The notes under the pieces are model-generated. The model saw nothing but the letters and a program-made list of their open reading frames with translations. It did no database searches and was not told the origin of the DNA. A stretch of DNA of 36,618 bases. Source: Planctomycetaceae bacterium (lineage in GTDB: Bacteria > Planctomycetota > Planctomycetia > Pirellulales > UBA1268). Both the position numbers and the translations under genes were made by a program. The stretch is taken from assembly GCA_046095965.1 (NCBI GenBank), contig JBJTJO010000122.1:1-36618 (forward strand). Direction: 5' to 3'. Positions 10,623 through 18,166 of the stretch are shown here, one piece after another; the first letter of the stretch is position 1; every line of letters begins with the position of its first letter.

Positions 10623-11504
10623 ATGTCCGGCCAACCCCTGAACTTCGTGAAGATGCACGGCGCGGCGAACGACTACGTCTACATCGACTGCTTCGCCGAG
10701 CCCGCGCCCGCCGACCCCGCGGGGCTGGCGCCGCGGATCGCCGACCGGCACCGCGGCGTCGGCGGCGACGGCCTGGTGCTCGTCGAGCCATCGCAGCGCG
10801 CCGTCGCGCGGATGCGCATGTTCAACGCCGACGGCAGCGAGGCGGAGATGTGCGGCAACGCGGTGCGGTGCGTGGCCCACCTGCTCGTGGCGCGTGGCCG
10901 GGCCGCGGAGGGGCCGGTGACGATCGAGACCGGCCGCGGCGTGCTCGCGCTCGAGGTGACCCGCACCGGTCCGCGGTCGTCGCGGGTCCGCGTCGATATG
11001 GGCGCGCCGATCCTGGCGGCCGCGGAGATCCCGGTGGCCGTGCCCGGCGACCGCGTCGTCGATGCCGCCTGCCCGGCGCTGGGCGCGGAGCAACCGTGGT
11101 GGCGGGCCTGCGGGCTCGACCCGCGGATGACCTGCGTGTCGATGGGCAATCCGCACCTCGTGCTCTTCTGCCGCGACGTGGCGGCCGTGCCGCTCGAAGC
11201 GGTCGGTCCCGGCCTCGAGACCCACGCGCTCTTCCCTCGGCGGATCAACGTGCACGTCGTCGAGGTGCTGGGCCCCGCGCACGTGCGGATGCGCACCTGG
11301 GAGCGGGGCAGCGGCATCACGATGGCCTGCGGCACCGGTGCGGCGGCCGTCTGCGTGGCCGGCGCGATCAGCGGCCGCACCGGCCGGGCGATCGCCGCCG
11401 ACCTGCCCGGCGGACGGCTCGACCTCGAGTGGTCGCCGGCCGGCAGCGTGTTCATGACGGGGTCGGCCGACGAGGTGTTCACCGGCACGTGGTGGGACGC
11501 CTGA
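10623..11504 (+). CDS. dapF: Diaminopimelate epimerase
   Basis: FVKMHGAANDY, GVGGDG, NADGSEAEMCGN, SMGNPH, ERGSGITMACGTG. Confidence 0.97.
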   Translation: MSGQPLNFVKMHGAANDYVYIDCFAEPAPADPAGLAPRIADRHRGVGGDGLVLVEPSQRAVARMRMFNADGSEAEMCGNAVRCVAHLLVARGRAAEGPVTIETGRGVLALEVTRTGPRSSRVRVDMGAPILAAAEIPVAVPGDRVVDAACPALGAEQPWWRACGLDPRMTCVSMGNPHLVLFCRDVAAVPLEAVGPGLETHALFPRRINVHVVEVLGPAHVRMRTWERGSGITMACGTGAAAVCVAGAISGRTGRAIAADLPGGRLDLEWSPAGSVFMTGSADEVFTGTWWDA

Positions 11505-11538
11505 GCGCGGCCCGCGGCAGGAAAGGGAGTTGCGTTCC

Positions 11539-12354
11539 GTGAAGATCGAGTCGCCGTTCGCCATCGGTGCCGTGTCGCTCGCGTCCACCGCGTGCATCCG
11601 CCGCTGGATGGCCACGCTCGACTACCGGGCCGACTTCGGCGACCCCGCGGTCGATCCGGTGCACCCCGGCTACCGCGGCGCGAAGATCTACGTCTTCTGG
11701 CACGAGAACATCCTCCTGCCCCTCCACCTCCGAGGCCACTCCAACATCTCGATGCTGCTCTCGCGGCACGCCGACGCGAACATCCTCGACCGCGTCGCGC
11801 GGATGATGGGCTTCGGCGTGGTCCGCGGGAGCACGTCCAACGGCAGCGCGACCGCGCTCCGCGAACTGGCCGACCGCGCCACCGAGGGCAACCTCACGAT
11901 CACGCCCGACGGCCCCCGCGGGCCGCGCCGCCGGCTCGCGCCGGGCTGCATCTACCTGGCGAGCACGCTGGGCATCCCCGTCGTGGCGATGGGGCTGGGC
12001 TTCGCCCGCCCATGGCGGACGGCCACGTGGGACCGGTTCGCGATCCCGCGGCCATTCTCGCGGGCGCGGGCGGTCGTCAGCCGCGCCGTGGCGATCCCGC
12101 CGGCCCTCGACCGCGACGGCATCGAGCGGCACCGCGCCGGCCTCGAGCGGCTGCTCACGCACCTCACCGACGACGCCGAGGCCTGGGCCTCGGCGGGCAC
12201 GCGTCGGCCTGGCGAACGCGTCTTACGCAAGGAGCCGTCGCGCGTCGCCCGGCGTGCTGCCCGACTGCCCGGGGATCCGGGCGTATCCCTCGCCGCGGAG
12301 TTCGCACGACTCGGCCTCGCCGCGGACGCGACGGCCGGCCGCTCGGCCGCCTGA
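11539..12354 (+). CDS. DUF374 / lysophospholipid acyltransferase family protein (LpxJ-like)
   Basis: FWH, SRHAD, VVRGST, ITPDGPRGP, TWDRFAIPRPFSR; AAGGGAG upstream of GTG 11539. Confidence 0.85.
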   Translation: MKIESPFAIGAVSLASTACIRRWMATLDYRADFGDPAVDPVHPGYRGAKIYVFWHENILLPLHLRGHSNISMLLSRHADANILDRVARMMGFGVVRGSTSNGSATALRELADRATEGNLTITPDGPRGPRRRLAPGCIYLASTLGIPVVAMGLGFARPWRTATWDRFAIPRPFSRARAVVSRAVAIPPALDRDGIERHRAGLERLLTHLTDDAEAWASAGTRRPGERVLRKEPSRVARRAARLPGDPGVSLAAEFARLGLAADATAGRSAA

Positions 12355-12357
12355 CGG

Positions 12358-13809
12358 CTACCGGCCGGAGTCCCGCGGATCGAGGAGTCGCTCGAGTCGC
12401 TCGAGTCGCGAACGGAGCGCACGAATCTCGGCACGGACAGGGCCGTCGTCGCCCGCGGGCCGCTCGGAAAGCCGCGGCACGGGGCCGGGCTGGAGGGCGG
12501 GCGGGGCGGCGGCAGGCTCCGGGCCTGCGGTCAACGCCCGCTCGAGCGGCGCGTCGAGCGCTTGCAGCACGACGTTCGCCCGCTTCGACTCGCCGCCGGG
12601 CAGCACGAACTGCACCGTGACCGGCTTGTCGATGGGGCCCCGGGTCACGAGCTCCGTCAGTTCGACGGGCGAACGGACCGGACGCTCGTCGAGCGCGACG
12701 ATCACGCTGCCAGGAGGCACGCCAGCCCGTGCGGCGGGCAGGTCATGGACCACGCCGACGACGTAGGCGCCGGCGGGGCTGGCCAGTTTGAACCTCGATT
12801 GCGTCGCCGGATCGACCGGCACGCTGCGGACGCCGAGCGCCGTCCTGCCGCCGGCCGGTGCACCGCCGGCCTCGCGGGGCAGCGGGTCCGGGAGCGTGGC
12901 CGAGCGCGGAGCGGAGAGCGGGGGTGGGGCGATCGAAGCCCGCGGCATCGCCGCAGGAGCCGGTGCGGTCGTCGCGACCGGGTCGGGGGGCGCGACGGCA
13001 CCGAATCGCGGCGCGGCCGCCGCCGGCGGCGGGGACGGAGTTTGAGCTGCCTGCCACGCCGGCACGCTTGCAGCCGGTCCGGCGGTCGCCGGGGGCGTCG
13101 CGGCGGTCGCTGGGGCGGTCGTGGGGGCCGCGGAGGCGTCGGGGGCCGCCGCAGGAAGCGCGGCGGCTGCTGCGGAGGGCTGTTCGGTGCGCACGGCCGG
13201 CCGCGGCTCGGCCCTCAGCACCACGTCGCTGACCTGATCGGCACGCGCCACCGCCACCCGCACGTCCTGCCCGGACGCGAGCGACGTGAACGCCTGCGTC
13301 ACCTCCGCCGCGCTCGTGAGCGTGACGCCGTTGACGGCCCGAAGTTCGTCGCCGACGGCGATGTTCGCGCGGGCCGCCGGTCCTCCGCTCACCACCTCGG
13401 CGATGCGCCAGCGACCGGGCACGTTCGATTCCGCCACACCCAGACCGATCCAGCCACTGCCGGGCACCGCCGATCCCTCCGCTGCGGGCGGCGGTGCCGC
13501 GGTGAACGGATCGTTGATCGGTGACGGGGCCGGCCAGGACGGCGCGTCACGGCTCGCGGGCGGCGGGAAACGACCTCCGAACCGCACCGGGATCGGCTCC
13601 TCGACGGAGATCTCACCGGGCGGGGAGGCGGCCGCGGGCGTTTCCGGGGGCGCGACCGTTGGTTCGTCGGCCGGAGTCCATGCCGACCCGAGCGCGAACG
13701 CCACTCCGATGATGAACGATGGCCACGGCCCGGGGCCGCGTCCTCCGCGGCGGACGGGCGAAATCACGGCCGTTTCGTGTTCGTCGTGTTCGTCGTGTTC
13801 GGGAGACAT
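12358..13809 (-). CDS. Double-PDZ-domain exported or membrane protein without a protease domain
   Basis: GWIGL..EVVSGGPAARANIAVGDELRAVNG and ALGV..VVHDLPAARAGVPPGSVIVALD; N-terminal hydrophobic segment; Pro/Ala linkers; short C-terminal coiled coil. Confidence 0.8.
   Translation of the reverse strand: MSPEHDEHDEHETAVISPVRRGGRGPGPWPSFIIGVAFALGSAWTPADEPTVAPPETPAAASPPGEISVEEPIPVRFGGRFPPPASRDAPSWPAPSPINDPFTAAPPPAAEGSAVPGSGWIGLGVAESNVPGRWRIAEVVSGGPAARANIAVGDELRAVNGVTLTSAAEVTQAFTSLASGQDVRVAVARADQVSDVVLRAEPRPAVRTEQPSAAAAALPAAAPDASAAPTTAPATAATPPATAGPAASVPAWQAAQTPSPPPAAAAPRFGAVAPPDPVATTAPAPAAMPRASIAPPPLSAPRSATLPDPLPREAGGAPAGGRTALGVRSVPVDPATQSRFKLASPAGAYVVGVVHDLPAARAGVPPGSVIVALDERPVRSPVELTELVTRGPIDKPVTVQFVLPGGESKRANVVLQALDAPLERALTAGPEPAAAPPALQPGPVPRLSERPAGDDGPVRAEIRALRSRLERLERLLDPRDSGR
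13775..13801 (+). repeat. (TCGTGTTCG)3 tandem 9-mer encoding EHDEHDEH at the PDZ protein N-terminus
   Basis: Three exact copies. Confidence 0.85.
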
Positions 13810-14059
13810 ATCGCACCGATCGTCGTGCCGATGAGGCCTGTGCTCGACGGGCCGTTCCTGCGGACGCCGAGTATACGTCGGGCGGCGATCGTGTCGCCTC
13901 CGTCCCCGGACCGCGTTTTTTCGCGGCTCTGGCGGCAACGCACAGGTTGTGCACCGTGACCGCGCCACGATCTCACGCGCGTCGCGCGGCCAGCGCCGCC
14001 GAGTTTCGGGGCCGCGCGGCGGTGCAGCGCGGCGGCAGCCCGCGACGCATGCGGCAGGT

Positions 14060-14087
14060 TTGACAGCAGTGCATGCACTCCTATACT
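14060..14087 (+). promoter_or_regulatory. Sigma70-type promoter of dnaA, TTGACA-N16-TATACT, with the palindrome AGTGCATGCACT in the spacer
   Basis: Exact -35 and 5/6 -10 match in GC-rich DNA, about 95 nt upstream of the dnaA ATG. Confidence 0.8.
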
Positions 14088-14183
14088 CGCGCCGCGTTCG
14101 CTACGGCAGCAGGTGCTGCGTGCGGCGGCAAGGACGCATCAGCATCGCCCTCACGTGGCGGTGATCGGGAACGGGAAGGATCC

Positions 14184-15659
14184 ATGGCGAAGGCAGCCGT
14201 CGTTGCGACCGTGGTCCGCGGCGAGGATGCCGGGATGTCCATCGTTGGGGCCGTGCGCGAGCGCATCGGCTCGGAGCGGTTCGCGGTCTGGTTCGGCGAC
14301 TCGATGCGAATCACGGTCGAGGGGGGATCAACCGCCCCCGCGGGCAAGGCCCGGCGGGTCGTGGTGCGCGTCGGCACCGGGTTCACGCACGACTGGCTCC
14401 GGCGGACGTTTCACGCCGAGGTCGCGGCCGCGGCCGCGACCATCTGCGGTTCGGACGTGCGGGTGGCCTGGGAGCCGGTCGGTGCGGACACCCCCCCGGT
14501 CGTCGCGCCGCCGGCCCGGCCGTCCGGGGATGCGTCGCCCGCCAAGGCCCCGCCGGCACCGCGGCGGCGCCCGGCGCCCGGCGTTCCGACTCCGTCCGCC
14601 GAGCCGCCGGATGCGTTGCGGCACCGCCCGGCGGTCACGGCCGGCACCTTCGTGGCGGGGCCGAGCAACCGCATGGCGCTCGCCGCGGTGGAGCGGGCCG
14701 CGACGGATCCCGGTGGCGTCTCGCCGCTGGTCATCCATGGCCCGAGCGGCGTGGGCAAGACGCACCTGCTCGACGTGGCGTGCGCGCGGGCCCGCGAGGC
14801 CGATCCCCGCATCCACGTCGTCTCGCTCTCGGCCGAGCAGTTCACGACCGGGTTCCTGCAGTCGCTCCACGGCGGCGGCCTGCCCGGTTTTCGCCGCACG
14901 TGCCGGGGCGCCGGGCTGCTGGTCGTGGACGACATCCAGTTTCTCGTCGGCAAGCGGGCCACGCTGCTCGAGTTCCAGCACACGGTCGATGCCCTCCACC
15001 GGGCCGGCCGGCAGATGGTGTTCGCCTGCGACCGGGAACTCGACGCGCTGCCGGGCCTGGGTGCCGACCTGCTCACGCGTCTGCGGGGCGGGATGACCGC
15101 ATGGATCCAGCCGCCGGACTACGACGTGCGCCGCGGCATCGTGGCCGCCGTCTGCGCCGCTCGCGGGCTCGCCGTGCCCGACGAGGTGGTGCACTACGTG
15201 GCCACGCACATGACCCGCCACGCCCGCGAGTTGCACGGCGCCGTCAACCGGCTCGAGGCCACGAGCCTCATGCTCGGCCTGCCGGTGACGACGGGCATGG
15301 CCGAGGAGGCGCTCGCCGACCTCGTGCGGTCGAGTTCCCGCAGCGTGCGGCTGGCCGACGTCGATCGGGCCGTCTGCAAGGCCTTCGGAATCGAGGCGGG
15401 CAGCCTGCAGTCGGCGCGCCGCGCGCGCCACGCGAGCCACGCGCGGATGCTCGCGATGTTCCTGGCCCGCAAGCACACCCACGCGGCGCTCGCCGAGATC
15501 GGCCGGCACTTCGGCCGCCGCAGCCACTCGACCGTGATCGCGGCGCAGAAGGCCGTGGCCGGGTGGCTCGCGACGCGCGACGCGATCGTGATCGCGGACG
15601 CCCGCTGGGACGCCGACGAGGCGATCCGGCGCGTCGAGGACATCCTCCGCGCCGGCTAG
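14184..15659 (+). CDS. dnaA: Chromosomal replication initiator DnaA (atypical domain IV)
   Basis: Domain I ERFAVWF; FVAGPSNRMA; Walker A GPSGVGKT; Walker B VDDIQF; RELHGA; RMLAMFLARKHT; GRRSHSTVI. Confidence 0.93.
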   Translation: MAKAAVVATVVRGEDAGMSIVGAVRERIGSERFAVWFGDSMRITVEGGSTAPAGKARRVVVRVGTGFTHDWLRRTFHAEVAAAAATICGSDVRVAWEPVGADTPPVVAPPARPSGDASPAKAPPAPRRRPAPGVPTPSAEPPDALRHRPAVTAGTFVAGPSNRMALAAVERAATDPGGVSPLVIHGPSGVGKTHLLDVACARAREADPRIHVVSLSAEQFTTGFLQSLHGGGLPGFRRTCRGAGLLVVDDIQFLVGKRATLLEFQHTVDALHRAGRQMVFACDRELDALPGLGADLLTRLRGGMTAWIQPPDYDVRRGIVAAVCAARGLAVPDEVVHYVATHMTRHARELHGAVNRLEATSLMLGLPVTTGMAEEALADLVRSSSRSVRLADVDRAVCKAFGIEAGSLQSARRARHASHARMLAMFLARKHTHAALAEIGRHFGRRSHSTVIAAQKAVAGWLATRDAIVIADARWDADEAIRRVEDILRAG

Positions 15660-15719
15660 CGGCCGGGTGCTCTGGTGACCGGGCGGATCGGGGCCATGGC
15701 GGGCCCCGGCCGTGCGGGT

Positions 15720-15935
15720 TCAGCGCTTCTCGATCCACCAGTGGTTCTGCTTCATGTCCTTCGCGGGACACTTCGCGAACCGCGGTGGGCTGTCACCCTG
15801 GTACTGCTGGTGGCAGTAATTGCACTCCCAGAGTCGCGTCGCGGCGGCGGCGAGGCCGGCCAGGCCGACGGTCACGGCGACGGTGCAGGCGACGATGGCG
15901 ACGCAGCGCAGGGCGTCTCGGCGACGACGGTGCAT
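15720..15935 (-). CDS. Small exported Cys/His-rich metal-binding protein, 71 aa
   Basis: MHRRRRDAL, hydrophobic helix and Ala-rich cleavage site, then WECNYCH..YQG..PP....CP....H; TAGAAT -10-like box at 16003-16008. Confidence 0.75.
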   Translation of the reverse strand: MHRRRRDALRCVAIVACTVAVTVGLAGLAAAATRLWECNYCHQQYQGDSPPRFAKCPAKDMKQNHWWIEKR

Positions 15936-16047
15936 GGATCGAAAACTCCCGGGGTTGACCGGCGCGGCGGGCCCGAGGCCCACCCCTCCACCGGAGGAAC
16001 GCATTCTACTCCGGGACGAGCCGCCGTGGCAGCGGGGGCGCGGCGCC

Positions 16048-16875
16048 TCAGCGGATCGCCCGCTCCTCGAGGCTCGCCTTGTAGCGGACGCTCGACTGCG
16101 GGCCGCCGAAGCCGACGACCCGACGGTCGATCGCCGTCGCGCGGCCGACGAGCCGGCCGGCGTCCACGTCGAAGCGGAGCCGCCCGTTCCAGATCCGCTC
16201 GAGGAGCCGCGCCTCGAGCTGCGGCTCATCCACCGGGGTGAGCACCGTCGTATCGACCGCGATCGTGGCGATCCCGTCGGCGACACCCTCGAGCCGGTAG
16301 CGGATCCGCGTGCGGACCGCCTTCCGCAGGCCGCACGGCGCCTCCACGACCACCTCCTGCGGCACCGTCCACTCGTGGCCGACGCGGACCGGCCCGTCGG
16401 GGAGCGGCACCACGACGAGGTCGCCCGTGGTCGGCGGCGGACAGGGGAGCAGCTCGCGCCGCTCGACCACGCGGCCGTCCGGGGCGACCACGAGCCGCAC
16501 GATCGCCTTGCCGAGGCTCGCGCGGACGCCCTCGTAGCCCAGGGGCGGCTCCGCGTCGCTGCCGGCGTCCCAGCGGACCTCGCCCTGGTCGCTCGTCCGC
16601 GACGTCATGACGACGTCGGCCACCGACTGCTCGATCGTGGCCCGGCCCTCCGCATCGACGCTCACCACCTTCCACGTCTTCGTCGAGTCGGTCATCGTCT
16701 CGACCGACTGCGTGGCGCCGTTCATCGTGGTCTCGGTGAGGGCGCGGTGGGCCACCTTCATGGGGAGCGATTCGCCCGACCGGAATCGATAGCGGAGCAG
16801 GACCGGCTCGTCCGCGGCCCCGGCGGCGGCCGCGGCGCAGGACAGGCAGAGGGCGAGGACGACGCGGCGCTTCAT
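16048..16875 (-). CDS. Exported beta-rich hypothetical protein (possibly DUF6263-like)
   Basis: Signal peptide MKRRVVLALCLSCAAAAAGA; LLRYRFRSGE; GRLRFDVDAGRL; ATGA overlap with the nadK stop. Confidence 0.75.
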   Translation of the reverse strand: MKRRVVLALCLSCAAAAAGAADEPVLLRYRFRSGESLPMKVAHRALTETTMNGATQSVETMTDSTKTWKVVSVDAEGRATIEQSVADVVMTSRTSDQGEVRWDAGSDAEPPLGYEGVRASLGKAIVRLVVAPDGRVVERRELLPCPPPTTGDLVVVPLPDGPVRVGHEWTVPQEVVVEAPCGLRKAVRTRIRYRLEGVADGIATIAVDTTVLTPVDEPQLEARLLERIWNGRLRFDVDAGRLVGRATAIDRRVVGFGGPQSSVRYKASLEERAIR

Positions 16876-17804
16876 GGGTTCCCCCGGGGCGGGGCCGGCT
16901 CGGCGGCCCGCAGGCCGCCTCCCCAGCCGAGCTTGTCGCGGAGCGTGCGGTAGTAGCCGTGCCGCGCGGTTTCGACCAATGTGAACCGGGGCTCGGCGCG
17001 GCGGACGCGGACGACGTCGCCCGCCTCGAGGGACGACACCGGCTGGCCATCCACGACGCAGGCCGAGCCGGCGTTGGGACGCGGCACGACGAGTTCGTAG
17101 ATGCGCGCGGCCGAATCGACGACAGGCCGGTTCGTGAGCGTGTGCGGATTGAGCGGCGTGAACAGGAAGGCGTCGAGGTCCTTGCGCACGATCGGCCCGC
17201 CCGCGGAGAGGCTGTGGGCGGTGGAGCCCACCGGCGTGGCCACGATCAGGCCGTCGGCCCGGTAGGTCGTGGCCGGCTCGCCGTCCACGAGGAGCTGGAT
17301 CTCGATCATCGAGAACGGTGGCCCTGCCAGGATCGAGGTCTCGTTGAGGCCGAGCTGCCGGTGGACCACCGAGCCCCCGCGGACGACCTCGCACTCGAAG
17401 AGCACGTGGCTGACGAGCCGGAACCGACCGGCCGCGATCTCGTCGAGCGCGGCGCCGACCTCCTCGCGGGACACGTCGGCCAGGAAGCCGAGCGCCCCGA
17501 GGTTCACGCCGAGGACGGGCGCCTGGTCGTAGCCCATCCAGCGGGCGGTCCGCAGGATCGAGCCGTCGCCGCCGAGCACGACGACGAGGTCGGCCGGCGC
17601 GAGGCCGTCGGCTGCGAACCGCCCCTCGCCCCAGTCGTCGCGCGGCGCGATCCGGCGGGTGACCGCGTGGCCGCGGGCCGCGAGCAGGCCGGCGACCCGC
17701 TCGGCCTCGGCCTCGACGCGACCCACCTCGCCCGGCCCCACGATCACGGCCCGCAGGCCCGTGGGCGCGGGCCGTCCGGCGGCGAGTCGGGATGCTGAAG
17801 TCAC
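16872..17804 (-). CDS. nadK: NAD(+) kinase
   Basis: VLGGDGS, GVNLGALGFL, LNE, DGLIVATPVGSTAHSLSAGGP, LRDKLGW; start approximate (GTG). Confidence 0.95.
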   Translation of the reverse strand: MTSASRLAAGRPAPTGLRAVIVGPGEVGRVEAEAERVAGLLAARGHAVTRRIAPRDDWGEGRFAADGLAPADLVVVLGGDGSILRTARWMGYDQAPVLGVNLGALGFLADVSREEVGAALDEIAAGRFRLVSHVLFECEVVRGGSVVHRQLGLNETSILAGPPFSMIEIQLLVDGEPATTYRADGLIVATPVGSTAHSLSAGGPIVRKDLDAFLFTPLNPHTLTNRPVVDSAARIYELVVPRPNAGSACVVDGQPVSSLEAGDVVRVRRAEPRFTLVETARHGYYRTLRDKLGWGGGLRAAEPAPPRGNP

Positions 17805-17898
17805 GAGGGCTATTCCGCAGGTTGATGGACCCGAATCACGATTGTGGCCTCCAGGCGACCGGTGGCCAAAGGCGAAAATCGTCGTGATTGACTTCTTC

Positions 17899-18008
17899 GC
17901 CTCTCCCTCGGGGAGAGGCCGGCCGCAGGCCGGGTGAGGGTGCAGGGGCGTTGCTGGTGGCTGCTCCAGCACCCTCACCCCGGCCCTCTCCCAGAGGGAG
18001 AGGGAGAG
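17899..18008 (+). repeat. Palindromic REP/REPIN-like doublet, copy A
   Basis: GCCTCTCCCnnnGGGAGAGGCCGGCCGCAGGCCGGGTGAGGGTGC, 25-nt spacer, GCACCCTCACCCCGGCCCTCTCCCAGAGGGAGAGGGAGA. Confidence 0.9.
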
Positions 18009-18108
18009 AATGCATGCGGCTCCCGGCCGCGAGCCCAGGTTACGCCACGACGTCCATGCGTGAGCATCGATCACCGTAGACAACATCATGCTCGGGGTAG
18101 TACCCATC

Positions 18109-18130
18109 GCCCTCTGCCAGAGGGAGAGGG
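18109..18130 (+). repeat. Degenerate half copy of the REP-like hairpin
   Basis: GCCCTCTGCCAGAGGGAGAGGG is one mismatch from the right-arm hairpin. Confidence 0.7.
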
Positions 18131-18166
18131 TGAATTGTGACGACCATCCCGTGATGGGCCGCCCAC

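Noticed and set aside
13810-14183. Possible oriC next to dnaA
   Set aside because: No convincing DnaA-box cluster (only the weak CACAGGTTGTGCAC near 13941) and no AT-rich unwinding element
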